A stretch of DNA of 64,000 nt from NCBI GenBank assembly GCA_049977145.1, contig JBMFGW010000004.1:4791-68790 (forward strand), given 5' to 3'. Source of the stretch: Phycisphaerae bacterium. GTDB taxonomy: Bacteria; Planctomycetota; Phycisphaerae; WQYP01. This document shows, one piece after another, positions 1 through 9,798 of the stretch (position 1 is the first letter of the stretch; each line of letters opens with the position of its first letter). A program made the translations under genes and the position numbers. Below the pieces are notes generated by a model. It was given only the letters and a program-made list of their open reading frames with translations. It was not told the DNA's origin and searched no databases.

Positions 1-1270
1 CATTGGAGAAATAGTTTCCATTATTGAAACCGGTGATGTGTTTTTCAGCCGGCAGAATCAAATCCTTTTTGAAGGCATTCTGGATTTGATGCAGGCTGGT
101 TCCGCCGTCGATGGCGTGACCCTGACGCATAAGCTCAAACAAAAAGGTCTGTACGAAGCCGCCGGGGGTTATGATTATCTGGAGCAATTGGTTAATTGCG
201 TGCCCAGCGCCGCCAATGCGCTGGCTTATGCGCACATTGTGCGGGATAAAGCCCTGCTGCGTCGGCTTATCAGCGCCTGTGCGCAAAGCCTGGAATCCTG
301 TTACGACAATTCCGAAGAGGCGGCGGTAATTTTAGACCGCAGTGAACGCGCCATTTTTGAAGTGGCGCAATTAAAGGTTACCGGCCAGCCCGTGGCGCTC
401 AACGAGGTCCTGCACGAAACCTTTGAAATGCTCGATCGCAATACCGGCAGCACGATTACCGGTGTGCCCACGGGATATGTGGAACTGGATAATCTCACCA
501 GCGGCCTGCAGCGCGGGGAAATGATTGTTCTGGCGGCCCGGCCAAGTGTGGGAAAAACCGCTTTGGCGATGAATATCGTGGAACACGTCGGGGTGGATTT
601 GAAAAAACCCGTCGCGGTCTTCTCGCTGGAAATGTCCAAGCAGCAACTCGCCCAGCGCATGCTGTGCGCACGCAGCGGTGTGGATTCGCAAAAGCTGCGC
701 CGTAATATGCTGGCGCGTGATGATCGCAACCGTTTGAGCATAGCGGTGGGAGAACTGGCCGAGGGGAAAATTTTCATTGACGATACCCCGGCACTGTCCA
801 TTCTGGATTTGCGCACCAAGGCCAGAAGATTGTTAAGTCAACAGAGCATTGAGCTGGTAGTCATTGACTACCTGCAATTGATGGAAGCGCCACGCGAGGA
901 AAATCGGCAACAGCAGATCAGTACCATCAGCCGAGGTGTCAAAGCCCTGGCCCGGGAATTAAACTCTCCGGTGGTATGCCTGTCGCAGTTAAACCGGGCC
1001 TCCGAAAGTGAAAACCGTCTGCCGCGCACCAGCGATCTGCGCGAGTCGGGCAGCATTGAACAGGATGCCGATGTAGTCATGCTGCTGCACCGCGAGGCAG
1101 TCATGCACCGTGGTGATCAGGAATGGGCCCAGACCAATCCTGATAAAATCAATGAGGCGCAGTTGATTATCGCCAAACAGCGTAACGGCCCCTGCGATAC
1201 CGTGCGCCTGACGTTTATGGCCGCTAATACCCGCTTTGAAACCTATCACCCCGGTTCGGAATATTCATGA
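1..1270 (+). CDS. dnaB: Replicative DNA helicase DnaB (5' end truncated by window start)
   Basis: The frame is open from nt 2. The DnaB N-domain tail (LAYAHIVRDKALLRRLI) is followed by Walker A (AARPSVGKTALAMNI), a Walker B-like stretch (VVIDYLQLM) and a RecA-like C-domain ending at the stop at 1268-1270. Confidence 0.9.
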   Translation, partial: IGEIVSIIETGDVFFSRQNQILFEGILDLMQAGSAVDGVTLTHKLKQKGLYEAAGGYDYLEQLVNCVPSAANALAYAHIVRDKALLRRLISACAQSLESCYDNSEEAAVILDRSERAIFEVAQLKVTGQPVALNEVLHETFEMLDRNTGSTITGVPTGYVELDNLTSGLQRGEMIVLAARPSVGKTALAMNIVEHVGVDLKKPVAVFSLEMSKQQLAQRMLCARSGVDSQKLRRNMLARDDRNRLSIAVGELAEGKIFIDDTPALSILDLRTKARRLLSQQSIELVVIDYLQLMEAPREENRQQQISTISRGVKALARELNSPVVCLSQLNRASESENRLPRTSDLRESGSIEQDADVVMLLHREAVMHRGDQEWAQTNPDKINEAQLIIAKQRNGPCDTVRLTFMAANTRFETYHPGSEYS

Positions 1271-1494
1271 GCCTGCCACAGGGCCATGGCGAGCGGGCTA
1301 AACTATCGCATGGTAATGCGGCTGCTGTTAAAAAACCGGGCACTATAGCGTAACGGATTGTGGTGCCCGGCGGCTTAGGAAAAAGGCGGTAGGATTCTTA
1401 TTATCAGGTGCGCCTTTTGGCCGAAACGCTGTCACCGGTTACTATGTTGTCCCAGTGTTGTTAAACACTGTTTCTTGGCTAAGGAGGACTTACC

Positions 1495-2373
1495 GTGATT
1501 CATACCGCCGCCACACATTTGACAGTGCTACAGGCTGTATTTTTAGGGATTCTGCAGGGAGTGTCGGAATTGTTTCCGATCAGCAGTTTGGGGCATATTA
1601 TTATCGTCAAGCATCTGCTGCATTGGCATTTCAATACCGGTAATAAGAATTTCCTGAGTTTTGTGGTGGCCCTGCATCTGGCCACGGCGGCAGCCTTGCT
1701 GATTTATTTCTGGGGGCAATGGAAAAAAGTCATCTTTGCATATCTCGGCAGTATCCAGCACGGGAAATTGGTGTACGACCGGGAGAGTAAATTCGCCTGG
1801 TTGCTGGTGGCGGGCACCATTGTTGTGGGACTGGTGGGACTGACATTCGAAAAAAAGTTTCGGCTCTTTTTTGATGATCCACGCTATTACTGGATGGTGT
1901 GTATATTTCTGATTCTTAACGGCGGAGTCATGTTTCTTGGCGATTACATGAAAAAACTGGCGCTGAAAAAAGCGGCTGCGCAGCAGCGCAAGCACGCGGA
2001 GGACTTAACATTTCCACAAGGAGCGGCAGTGGGAGCGGCCCAAACACTGGCGTTATTTCCCGGTATTTCCCGCAGTGGTGTGGCCATTGTGGGCGGTGTG
2101 CTGGCGGGACTGACCTATGAAGAAGCCTGCCGCTTTGCCTTCATGCTGGCCACACCCGTCATTGCCGCCGCCGGATTGCTGAAAGTTCCAGCTTTATTCA
2201 AGCCTGAAGCCCACGCGATTTTGTATCTGACCATTCCTGCCGCCATGGCCGCAGGCATTACCGCCTACCTAAGCACTAAATTCCTGATGAAGTATTTTGA
2301 AACCCGTCGGCTCACGCCCTTCGCCATTTATTGCGTGGTGCTGGGGACGGTGGCATTGCTTCTGGCCCGCTGA
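1495..2373 (+). CDS. uppP: Undecaprenyl-diphosphatase (UppP/BacA)
   Basis: GTG start with AAGGAGGA 7 nt upstream. UppP motifs are present (SELFPISSLGH, PGISRSG) and the protein is polytopic membrane. Confidence 0.85.
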   Translation: MIHTAATHLTVLQAVFLGILQGVSELFPISSLGHIIIVKHLLHWHFNTGNKNFLSFVVALHLATAAALLIYFWGQWKKVIFAYLGSIQHGKLVYDRESKFAWLLVAGTIVVGLVGLTFEKKFRLFFDDPRYYWMVCIFLILNGGVMFLGDYMKKLALKKAAAQQRKHAEDLTFPQGAAVGAAQTLALFPGISRSGVAIVGGVLAGLTYEEACRFAFMLATPVIAAAGLLKVPALFKPEAHAILYLTIPAAMAAGITAYLSTKFLMKYFETRRLTPFAIYCVVLGTVALLLAR

Positions 2374-2438
2374 CTTCCAAAACCTTCCGCTCATATCTAC
2401 AATGATATTAGTAGAAGTCAATCCGGAGATTCACAATT

Positions 2439-2672
2439 ATGAAGCGACAACAACGAATGTCCCGTAAGATTATTTTTCGCAGCGCGGCGGTGTTGATATT
2501 AGGCGCTATGCCGCTGCTGGGTGGTTGCCAGGAGGAATTATTTACCGGACGTGATCAGAATATTCAAAGCAAATCGCAATACTTTCCCGATCCCCACCCC
2601 ATTGAACAATCCCAATCTGAAGATGGCGTCGGTGGTGGAGCCATGCCCTACGGCGGACAAAATGGGTTTTAA
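2439..2672 (+). CDS. Small putative lipoprotein
   Basis: A signal peptide is followed by a lipobox-like LLGGC. The protein is 77 aa with no further homology cues. Confidence 0.3.
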   Translation: MKRQQRMSRKIIFRSAAVLILGAMPLLGGCQEELFTGRDQNIQSKSQYFPDPHPIEQSQSEDGVGGGAMPYGGQNGF

Positions 2673-2824
2673 TATTCACCGCATGCACGGTGGGCGCAAC
2701 ATGGGCGTGGCTTCTTCGCCCCCCCACGATTCGGCCCTCATTTGGCCCACCGGGTTCTTAGCGCCTAGAATGATGTGAATTCGATGGCCGAGAGGTCGCG
2801 TCGAGAAACCGATGTAAAACCGAA

Positions 2825-3553
2825 GTGGGACGGCGTTTCGGATGGTGCTTTATATGGATAAACAACGTTATGTTCGAGAGCGAAGGAAAACGTGAATGCG
2901 ATCGCGCGCAGGAATTTCGCAAGATTGTGGAGCCATTGGTACGTACTGGAGACTTAAACCAGGCGGCGGAATATATAGGGCATTGCTGGTGCGTGGGGGT
3001 AATCTGCGACTTTTTACGCCATTCCGACACGAAAGTGCGGAGCGTCGCCGCCATGGCTTTAGCGCTTATGGGGGACAAAACCGCTATTGCACCGCTGGTC
3101 GTGGCTTTGCATGATGTTGATCCACGGGTGAATGAACTGGCTGATCAGGCTTTATGGGCTATCTGGTTTCGTTGTGGCAATAAATGCGGTTGCGGTTATC
3201 TGAAATGTGGTACGCATCATTTGAAACACGGCAATATGGCAACGGCCATTGAAAAGTTTACTTTGGCGATTGCCGCCGATCCGGACTTCGCCGAAGCCTA
3301 CAATCAACGGGCCATCGCCCATTATCTTTCCGAGCAGTACGCCGAAGCTCTGGTGGATTGCCGTGATGCTTTGGCAAAAATGCCGCCGCACTTCGGGGCA
3401 ATGGCGGGAATGGGACATTGTCACGCCCAACTGGGCAATCTGTGCGCAGCGCAGCAATGTTACCGTCAAGCCTTGGCCATCAATCCTTGCATGGAGGGCA
3501 TTGCCGTAGCGTTGGCACAGATTCAGAAAATTATAAACAAACCGACCCTCTGA
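2825..3553 (+). CDS. HEAT-repeat (PBS-lyase type) plus TPR-repeat protein
   Basis: HEAT-like repeats (VRSVAAMALALMGDKTAIAPLVVALHDVDPRVNELADQALWAI) are followed by TPR-like repeats (AEAYNQRAIAHYLSEQYAEALVDCRDALA). The true start may be the ATG near 2870. Confidence 0.55.
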   Translation: MGRRFGWCFIWINNVMFESEGKRECDRAQEFRKIVEPLVRTGDLNQAAEYIGHCWCVGVICDFLRHSDTKVRSVAAMALALMGDKTAIAPLVVALHDVDPRVNELADQALWAIWFRCGNKCGCGYLKCGTHHLKHGNMATAIEKFTLAIAADPDFAEAYNQRAIAHYLSEQYAEALVDCRDALAKMPPHFGAMAGMGHCHAQLGNLCAAQQCYRQALAINPCMEGIAVALAQIQKIINKPTL

Positions 3554-3591
3554 TGGTTGCGGCGTATGGTGTGCTGATTTCCCCATGGTTC

Positions 3592-6297
3592 TTAGTCCGT
3601 GAGGTTGAATTCCTGCAACAGCAATTCAAATTGTCGGTGATATTCTTTACCGCCAATTTGCTTGCCATATAGCGCCACGAGTTGTTTGAGTGCGGCGCGG
3701 GTTTGACTTGCGTAGGCATTGGATTTCACGTTGCAGCGAATCAGATAGTAATACGCCTGCCAGTAAATTGCGGATCCCGGCTCCAACTGGGGAATCAGCC
3801 GCACATAGATGCTGTGGGCATGATCGAAGTTACCGGCGGCATATAAGGCCCGGGCGGCTCCGATGAAATTGGTCAAATCACCGGGACGCTGCTTTTCCAG
3901 TGCCTTGTACTCCTGCCATGCCACCTGCCCCTCCCCGGCGCGGATGAGTTCGGCGGCCCGAATTTGTTGGTAGGCATAAATGTCGTCCTGGTTTTTCCGC
4001 CCCGGCTGGCTTTGCAGCGACTGAATCAACTGCTGCAGCAGTGCCGCGGCACCGGCGGCCAGCCGCCGGGCTTTGCCTGGATCCGTATGCCGGATTTTGC
4101 GACTTTCCTGATCATACTGGCCGATCAGGCCCTTGATAACATCCGTGGATTTCTGAGTCGATTCGCCAGCGAACTTCCGCACCAGCGGCAGAATTTTATT
4201 ATTTTCTCCCGCCAATTGATACTGCCGAATGCGATAACGCAGAAGAATACCGCGTAATTTCGGGGAAAGCTGTTTTTCCAGCACGGTGAGCTTATCAAGA
4301 ATCTGGCCCGCCCGATATGGATTACGCAACGGATTGATCGCGGTGCCGGCTTCCAGCAGCAGAATGTTAACACGGTAACGCCTGGCTCTAGCCAAGGCGG
4401 CCGGAGCTATTGCCGCGGGCGGATGGTCCAAAAGGTGCAGATATTTGTCGGCGGTCTGCAGCAGTTGTCGGGCGGCCTGGTGCTGCTGCGTTTCTGGAGC
4501 CTTTTTCAGAGTCAAGGCGCTAAGTTGCTCAGCGCCAATACGCACCAACTGATATTGCGCATCGAGATAAAGTGGATCGGCGGCGGGTATTTCATTAAAC
4601 AATTTGATGGCCGGTTTATACTGTCCGGCGTTTTCCAATTGCAGCGCGTAGGGGAAGCGAATTTGCGGATCATGGAAAGTATGCCAATCCAAGCTGATGG
4701 CCGCAGTGGTCAACTTCGTAATGTCGGCGGATACCTGCCGCGACTCGTTAAGCTGCGCTAATTCCGACAGGGCCAGCGCCATAACGTGCCTGGCCCGTGG
4801 GTCCGTGGGGGACAGACGCACGAACGCAATGTTCATTTTGGCCGCCAAGTCCAATTGTCCCAACTGTGCGGCGGTGATAGCAGCGATAAGCGTGGTTTCC
4901 GACCGGATGGATGGGGGTAGCTCTTTGCGCGCCAGCAAACTCTGTGCAATGGCCAACGCTTGCCGTTGGCTGGTCGTGGCGGGATTCTGGGCCTCCAGCC
5001 ACGCCGCAGCGAGCACCTGCAACGGCTGAAGTGTGGCTGGATCAATTTTAGCGGGTAAATGTTGCGCTAAATGTGTGAAAATCAGTCTCTGATATTGTGG
5101 AGCCTGGCGGATGACGTTACTGACCATGGCGATTGCCGCCGCCTGGGCGCTGGCACGTTGGGCGGGATTTTTCAACGCGTTGGCCGACGCTTCCGCAATC
5201 CGAAACGCCAGCAATTGCTCCCCCATTTTGGCGCTGATGGAATTGGCGCCAACCTGCTTGGCGGTCCAGGTCATAAAGGATTTCAGTTTCGCCCGGGCTT
5301 GATCGTATCGGCCGCTGCGGAGTAAAGCGGTCACCTGTTGATAATAGGCATCATATTGCAACCAGACCGGGGCGTGCGATGAAGCCGCGGTAGTCAGGTC
5401 GTGGAGAGCTTTATTATATTGTCCGTTGTGCAGATAGGCTTTCCCGCGCAATAGCAGCGCCCGGTAATAAACGCCGCTATTTTGTACTTTGGCATAAGGA
5501 CTAATGCCGCTGATAGCGGAGCCGAGCAATGTTTGGCGCATCTTGTCGCCCGGAGGAAGGGCCAGTCCGGAAAAATAATCAGCATAAGCCAGATAATACG
5601 CGGTATCCCGCTGACCATTCATGGCGAGAGTGTATAGCTGTTCATCGGCATCCGTAAAGGTGCTGGCGTTGTTGAGATTCTTTATGACCTGAGAGTAATG
5701 TTTCTGTGCTGCTTGTAAAAGTCGGCGGGCCAGATTGGCGGCGGGCGCCAGCTCCCGGCGCAGTGCCGGCGTGCCGGACCAGAATTCAATCTCGTTGACG
5801 GTATTGGTGGTCAGGCTGGCTAATACAAACTGCGCTTGCATGGTGGACCATCCGGGGTCCACATTATTGTCGGCGGACTTGAGATAAATGTTGACATCAC
5901 GGATGAACCGTTCTTTCATTTGTTGTTGTTGGGCGGGGTGGTTTTTGAATTGATCCCACCGGCAGAAAATATCGGCGGCCCCAAACAAAGCTTTATCGGC
6001 GGGGGTGGTGGCCGCTTTTAAGGCGGCGGCGATCCGGGCGACGGCGTGCGTCTTTTCAAGTTGTGCGGCAAGTTGCGCGGGGCTGGCATGAGGTGGTAGA
6101 ACAACCGGTATGGTTGTTGCCGATGCGGCATGAATTATCGGCACGGCCATCCAGGCCACGACGCAGGCCATGATTGGACCCCAAAGCCAGCGATTCTTTC
6201 GTGCCATAATTTGTGGTCGGTAATCCGGCGAAATCGTCGCCGCAAAACTGGTGGAAGTCTTACTGAAATAATTTGGAATTCCCAGCATGGTGAGCAA
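3592..6297 (-). CDS. Large TPR-repeat protein (901 aa) with N-terminal signal/TM segment
   Basis: Long ORF with repeated Ala/Leu-rich helical TPR-like units throughout. It is last in the minus-strand cluster with exbB/exbD. Confidence 0.7.
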   Translation of the reverse strand: MLTMLGIPNYFSKTSTSFAATISPDYRPQIMARKNRWLWGPIMACVVAWMAVPIIHAASATTIPVVLPPHASPAQLAAQLEKTHAVARIAAALKAATTPADKALFGAADIFCRWDQFKNHPAQQQQMKERFIRDVNIYLKSADNNVDPGWSTMQAQFVLASLTTNTVNEIEFWSGTPALRRELAPAANLARRLLQAAQKHYSQVIKNLNNASTFTDADEQLYTLAMNGQRDTAYYLAYADYFSGLALPPGDKMRQTLLGSAISGISPYAKVQNSGVYYRALLLRGKAYLHNGQYNKALHDLTTAASSHAPVWLQYDAYYQQVTALLRSGRYDQARAKLKSFMTWTAKQVGANSISAKMGEQLLAFRIAEASANALKNPAQRASAQAAAIAMVSNVIRQAPQYQRLIFTHLAQHLPAKIDPATLQPLQVLAAAWLEAQNPATTSQRQALAIAQSLLARKELPPSIRSETTLIAAITAAQLGQLDLAAKMNIAFVRLSPTDPRARHVMALALSELAQLNESRQVSADITKLTTAAISLDWHTFHDPQIRFPYALQLENAGQYKPAIKLFNEIPAADPLYLDAQYQLVRIGAEQLSALTLKKAPETQQHQAARQLLQTADKYLHLLDHPPAAIAPAALARARRYRVNILLLEAGTAINPLRNPYRAGQILDKLTVLEKQLSPKLRGILLRYRIRQYQLAGENNKILPLVRKFAGESTQKSTDVIKGLIGQYDQESRKIRHTDPGKARRLAAGAAALLQQLIQSLQSQPGRKNQDDIYAYQQIRAAELIRAGEGQVAWQEYKALEKQRPGDLTNFIGAARALYAAGNFDHAHSIYVRLIPQLEPGSAIYWQAYYYLIRCNVKSNAYASQTRAALKQLVALYGKQIGGKEYHRQFELLLQEFNLTD

Positions 6298-6422
6298 TCC
6301 TTATTGATAATCAAAGCGGCGGCGGGCTACCCGCGGCGCTCCACGACATATCAGGCCTGGCGGACAATGAAACTTTACCCGAACCTCGGCACAGTAAAAC
6401 AAAACTACTCCGCGCTTATCCA

Positions 6423-6890
6423 TTACTGCCGTGGCGGAGGCCGGAACGCCACTTGTTTGAACCGGGCCATAATGCAGTCACTGTACGCCGTAATAACATC
6501 CTTATAGGGTACGCCATTGGAAGGCGAAATAAATACCTGCACCGGCACCCCCTTGGCTAAGGCTTTATGTTTGTTAGCTAAAAAGGTCGCCAGTTCACCG
6601 GAAAGATCGGCGGTTTGCAATCCCGGCATGATGGCTACCGTGCGCGTGCCGCGGACACGCAACTTGATATTAATGCGTGTAGGCGGCATCGCGTGTGTTT
6701 TGACATTTGATAATCCGCCCTTGATCGCCGGAGTGTTATTGGTCAAATACCAATCCGAGCTGACAAATGAGCTGCCAAGCATGAAAAATATCAAAATAAC
6801 CATGACCACATCGACCATGGGTGTCATGTTCGGACCGACATGCGTGGCGGCACGCATTCCGGGACGACGGTGTTTATGCGATTGGGACAT
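6423..6890 (-). CDS. exbD: Biopolymer transport protein ExbD/TolR
   Basis: N-terminal basic stretch, a single TM (PMVDVVMVILIFFML) and a periplasmic domain, at ExbD-typical size. Confidence 0.8.
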   Translation of the reverse strand: MSQSHKHRRPGMRAATHVGPNMTPMVDVVMVILIFFMLGSSFVSSDWYLTNNTPAIKGGLSNVKTHAMPPTRINIKLRVRGTRTVAIMPGLQTADLSGELATFLANKHKALAKGVPVQVFISPSNGVPYKDVITAYSDCIMARFKQVAFRPPPRQ

Positions 6891-6923
6891 CCAAAAAACC
6901 TCACAGACTTCAGACTCACCAAA

Positions 6924-7412
6924 TCAACCGGGGCGGCGGGTCATAAAATGGATGCTGGCAATGCCCGCTTGGGCACAACTGATCAGCACGGGCGCCACAT
7001 ATTTATAAGGTATGGAACGATCCGCCCGCAGAATTAATTTCATTTTGGGGTTTTCACGCTTCTGCTCACGCAAATAAGCGGCCAAATCATCATAGGACAC
7101 TTCCTGGCCCCATATTGAGATTACCGGACGCAGGCCTTGCGCAACGTAGGCACGCGATGGAACCAAGTTCACAATTAACTGATTACTTTTGTTGCGCAAG
7201 TCTTTGCCGTTTTTGGCGACCGGAATTTTGACTCCCTTGACCGACGCCGCCTTGGTAATGTGACCCACCAATAGAAAGAAAATAATCAGACACATGATAA
7301 TATCAATCAACGGGGTGACATTGACATGTGTATCCTCCATGGGCTTGATGCCGCTTAATTTCATTGATGAACTCCTTACGAAGGCCTCCGCCCCAACGGA
7401 GCGTGGCGACAA
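6924..7412 (-). CDS. exbD: Biopolymer transport protein ExbD/TolR (second copy)
   Basis: TM segment (TPLIDIIMCLIIFFLLV) followed by an ExbD-like periplasmic domain. Confidence 0.8.
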   Translation of the reverse strand: MSPRSVGAEAFVRSSSMKLSGIKPMEDTHVNVTPLIDIIMCLIIFFLLVGHITKAASVKGVKIPVAKNGKDLRNKSNQLIVNLVPSRAYVAQGLRPVISIWGQEVSYDDLAAYLREQKRENPKMKLILRADRSIPYKYVAPVLISCAQAGIASIHFMTRRPG

Positions 7413-7543
7413 TTTCTTACCGCCCCGCCAGGGTGGCTGTTTTCTTATAATCTCCGGTTACACCGGAGACGCCAGGGCGGCCACCCTTTAAGGTCGCCGA
7501 AAATCGGCCGCGCCCACCGCACATTTCCGGGCGACCTGGCGAC

Positions 7544-8467
7544 CTACACGCCCGCCGCCGTATCACCGGAACCGGTGCGGCGCGGCACCGGCCGCGCCAG
7601 CGGTTTGGAGCCTTCGGTCGTGGCGGAAGAGGTTGCCGCAGTTTTATCCGACGGCCGCAGACTTTCCAGTAATTCTTCCGAAAGCACCGCCGCCCGGCTG
7701 ATAATTTTGTCCAATCTCATGCGGAAAAAACCAAACGCGATCAGCGATGGAATGGCCACCGCCAGGCCGCCAAACGTGTGCCAGAGAGCGGTGGCAATAC
7801 CAACAGACAAGTCGGAAACTTTGGCCTGTCCACCGGCATGATGCAGCGCGTAAAAAGCTTCAATCATACCCAGTACGGTTCCCAACAGACCGATCAGCGG
7901 CCCAATGTTGCCGATAACGTTGAGCATCTCAATACGCCGGAAAAGATTGGCGCTATCTTCTGTTATCTCACTTTCCATACCGTCCCGCATAGCCCCATAA
8001 CCCAGATGGGCTCGGCGAATACCCGCCTGCATGGCTTTGCTGACAAACGATGGATCGGCGGCGGTAAAATCGATGAGTTCCTTGAGTTGCCGGGATTCAA
8101 TGAGGGAACGGATATGCTCAGTGGTTTCGACGGGCGCAATTTTATTTTCGCGCAAGTGAATAATTGCATCAAAAATTAATGCGATACTGGCCAGTGAGCA
8201 TCCCACCAACACAACAATGACGGTAATGTCCAAGCCCCAGATAATGGGATTGGGGTGATAGGTACCGGCACCACTCCCGCCCCCGGCGCCCTGCGCCATC
8301 GCGGTGTGGCCCAAGGCCAGCAGCGCGCCCAAAGCCAACACACCTGGAAGAACCGCTCGGAAACGGCCACGTACACAACTATTGAACATAAGAAAAACTC
8401 CTTTGAGGTTGTTATCGGCAATTAACGCCTGATTCCATTTTCTTTCCGGCGGCGAATTCGCCGCCAC
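7544..8467 (-). CDS. exbB: MotA/TolQ/ExbB proton-channel protein
   Basis: Signal/TM at the N-terminus and three further TM helices, with a conserved TolQ-like C-terminal region (GPLIGLLGTVLGMIEAF). Confidence 0.8.
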   Translation of the reverse strand: MAANSPPERKWNQALIADNNLKGVFLMFNSCVRGRFRAVLPGVLALGALLALGHTAMAQGAGGGSGAGTYHPNPIIWGLDITVIVVLVGCSLASIALIFDAIIHLRENKIAPVETTEHIRSLIESRQLKELIDFTAADPSFVSKAMQAGIRRAHLGYGAMRDGMESEITEDSANLFRRIEMLNVIGNIGPLIGLLGTVLGMIEAFYALHHAGGQAKVSDLSVGIATALWHTFGGLAVAIPSLIAFGFFRMRLDKIISRAAVLSEELLESLRPSDKTAATSSATTEGSKPLARPVPRRTGSGDTAAGV

Positions 8468-8477
8468 AGGTTATAGA

Positions 8478-9548
8478 CTATTCCTTCACCAGTTTGTATT
8501 GGCCGCCGGTTTCTTTGGCAATTTCCTTAAGCGTAGGCGCGTATCGACTTACCCGCTCTAAAAACGACTTGGAGTGCCCGCTTAAGAATGTATACGTAAA
8601 TACCCGGGCGTTGCAATGGGCATTTAATTGTTTCACGATCTTCGCCAATTCCGGATTAAAACCGCCATTGGTTACAAAATAAATCAGTTGCGGATGCAAT
8701 TGGAAAGCGCGACGAAAGGCCTCCTCATAAATCGCCAATCGCCCCTGCCCACTGCCCCGGGGCGGCACATCCAAAAACTGTTTAATTGTGCTGTTTCGAA
8801 CCGGGACTGTGGCGTGCGCCAGGCCTGCTGCTCCCAATTGCCTTACCCCATCGCCTACCAGGATCACGGCAAACCGCTGATAGGCAACCAGCCTTTGCAC
8901 CGAGCGCCGCATTTCCCGGCGCACTATTCCCCAATTATAAAGCATATCGCCGGAGTGATCGATGATGTACACAATCAGCGTAGCGTTGCCGCCACGACCA
9001 ATAAACCGCGATGGCGGCCCGGCCCCCAGGCCACCGCCTGGTATGCCCAAAGCGGTCTGCGGGTTGCGGGCAACGGCCTGCGGTCCCACGGCGATAAATT
9101 TCAGTTTATCGGTGGTCTTGAGCACGGCGGTGACGGAAGTCTTGTTATGGGCATAGTGCGAGAGAATATGTTTGATATTTTCCCGGGCTTGGCGCAACGG
9201 ATTATTGTTCTGGCCGGAATTCGGGTTACCGCCCGGATGAGTTGAAAAATGCTGATCCCACGCCTGGGGAACGATAATCGGATGCGCTTTGCGGGTAATG
9301 ACTGAATGCAGGGCCGCGGCGGCAAAAAAGATCAGAACAAATAAGCCCAAATGCAACAAAACCGAAGCAATCCAAGGTAAGGCTTTATCCACCCACGGCG
9401 GCAGTTCACCCGTGCTGACCACCGCCGCATCCAACTGGGAACCAAGCTGATCTCCTTGCGGCTGTGGATGTGACATTACCTCACTCATGCAAAACTCCGT
9501 ATACTCTTGCCGCCAAGTACGACATTCATTGTGCAATCTGCGTGCCAA
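8478..9548 (-). CDS. Membrane-anchored von Willebrand factor A (VWA) domain protein
   Basis: TM helix followed by a VWA fold with a MIDAS motif (YIIDHSGDM). It is first gene of the minus-strand cluster. Confidence 0.65.
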   Translation of the reverse strand: MARRLHNECRTWRQEYTEFCMSEVMSHPQPQGDQLGSQLDAAVVSTGELPPWVDKALPWIASVLLHLGLFVLIFFAAAALHSVITRKAHPIIVPQAWDQHFSTHPGGNPNSGQNNNPLRQARENIKHILSHYAHNKTSVTAVLKTTDKLKFIAVGPQAVARNPQTALGIPGGGLGAGPPSRFIGRGGNATLIVYIIDHSGDMLYNWGIVRREMRRSVQRLVAYQRFAVILVGDGVRQLGAAGLAHATVPVRNSTIKQFLDVPPRGSGQGRLAIYEEAFRRAFQLHPQLIYFVTNGGFNPELAKIVKQLNAHCNARVFTYTFLSGHSKSFLERVSRYAPTLKEIAKETGGQYKLVKE

Positions 9549-9798
9549 TTTTCGTAGGAGATACTATGTTCTCGGTAAAATCAATAGTTTTAACGATAAT
9601 TTCGTCGGTAACAGAAACTCGCATGTGTCAAAACTGTCACTGGGACGTGGCTGCTATGACAAGATCGTCAGTACCGGGGGTGATGAATAATTGCATTAAC
9701 CCGGCGGGGCTGTATGCCGCCACTTTTTCACCGCATCTGGTAATATAATAATAAGCGGTGTATGACCGCAAGAGAATCGCCGGATTGGAGATGCGATC

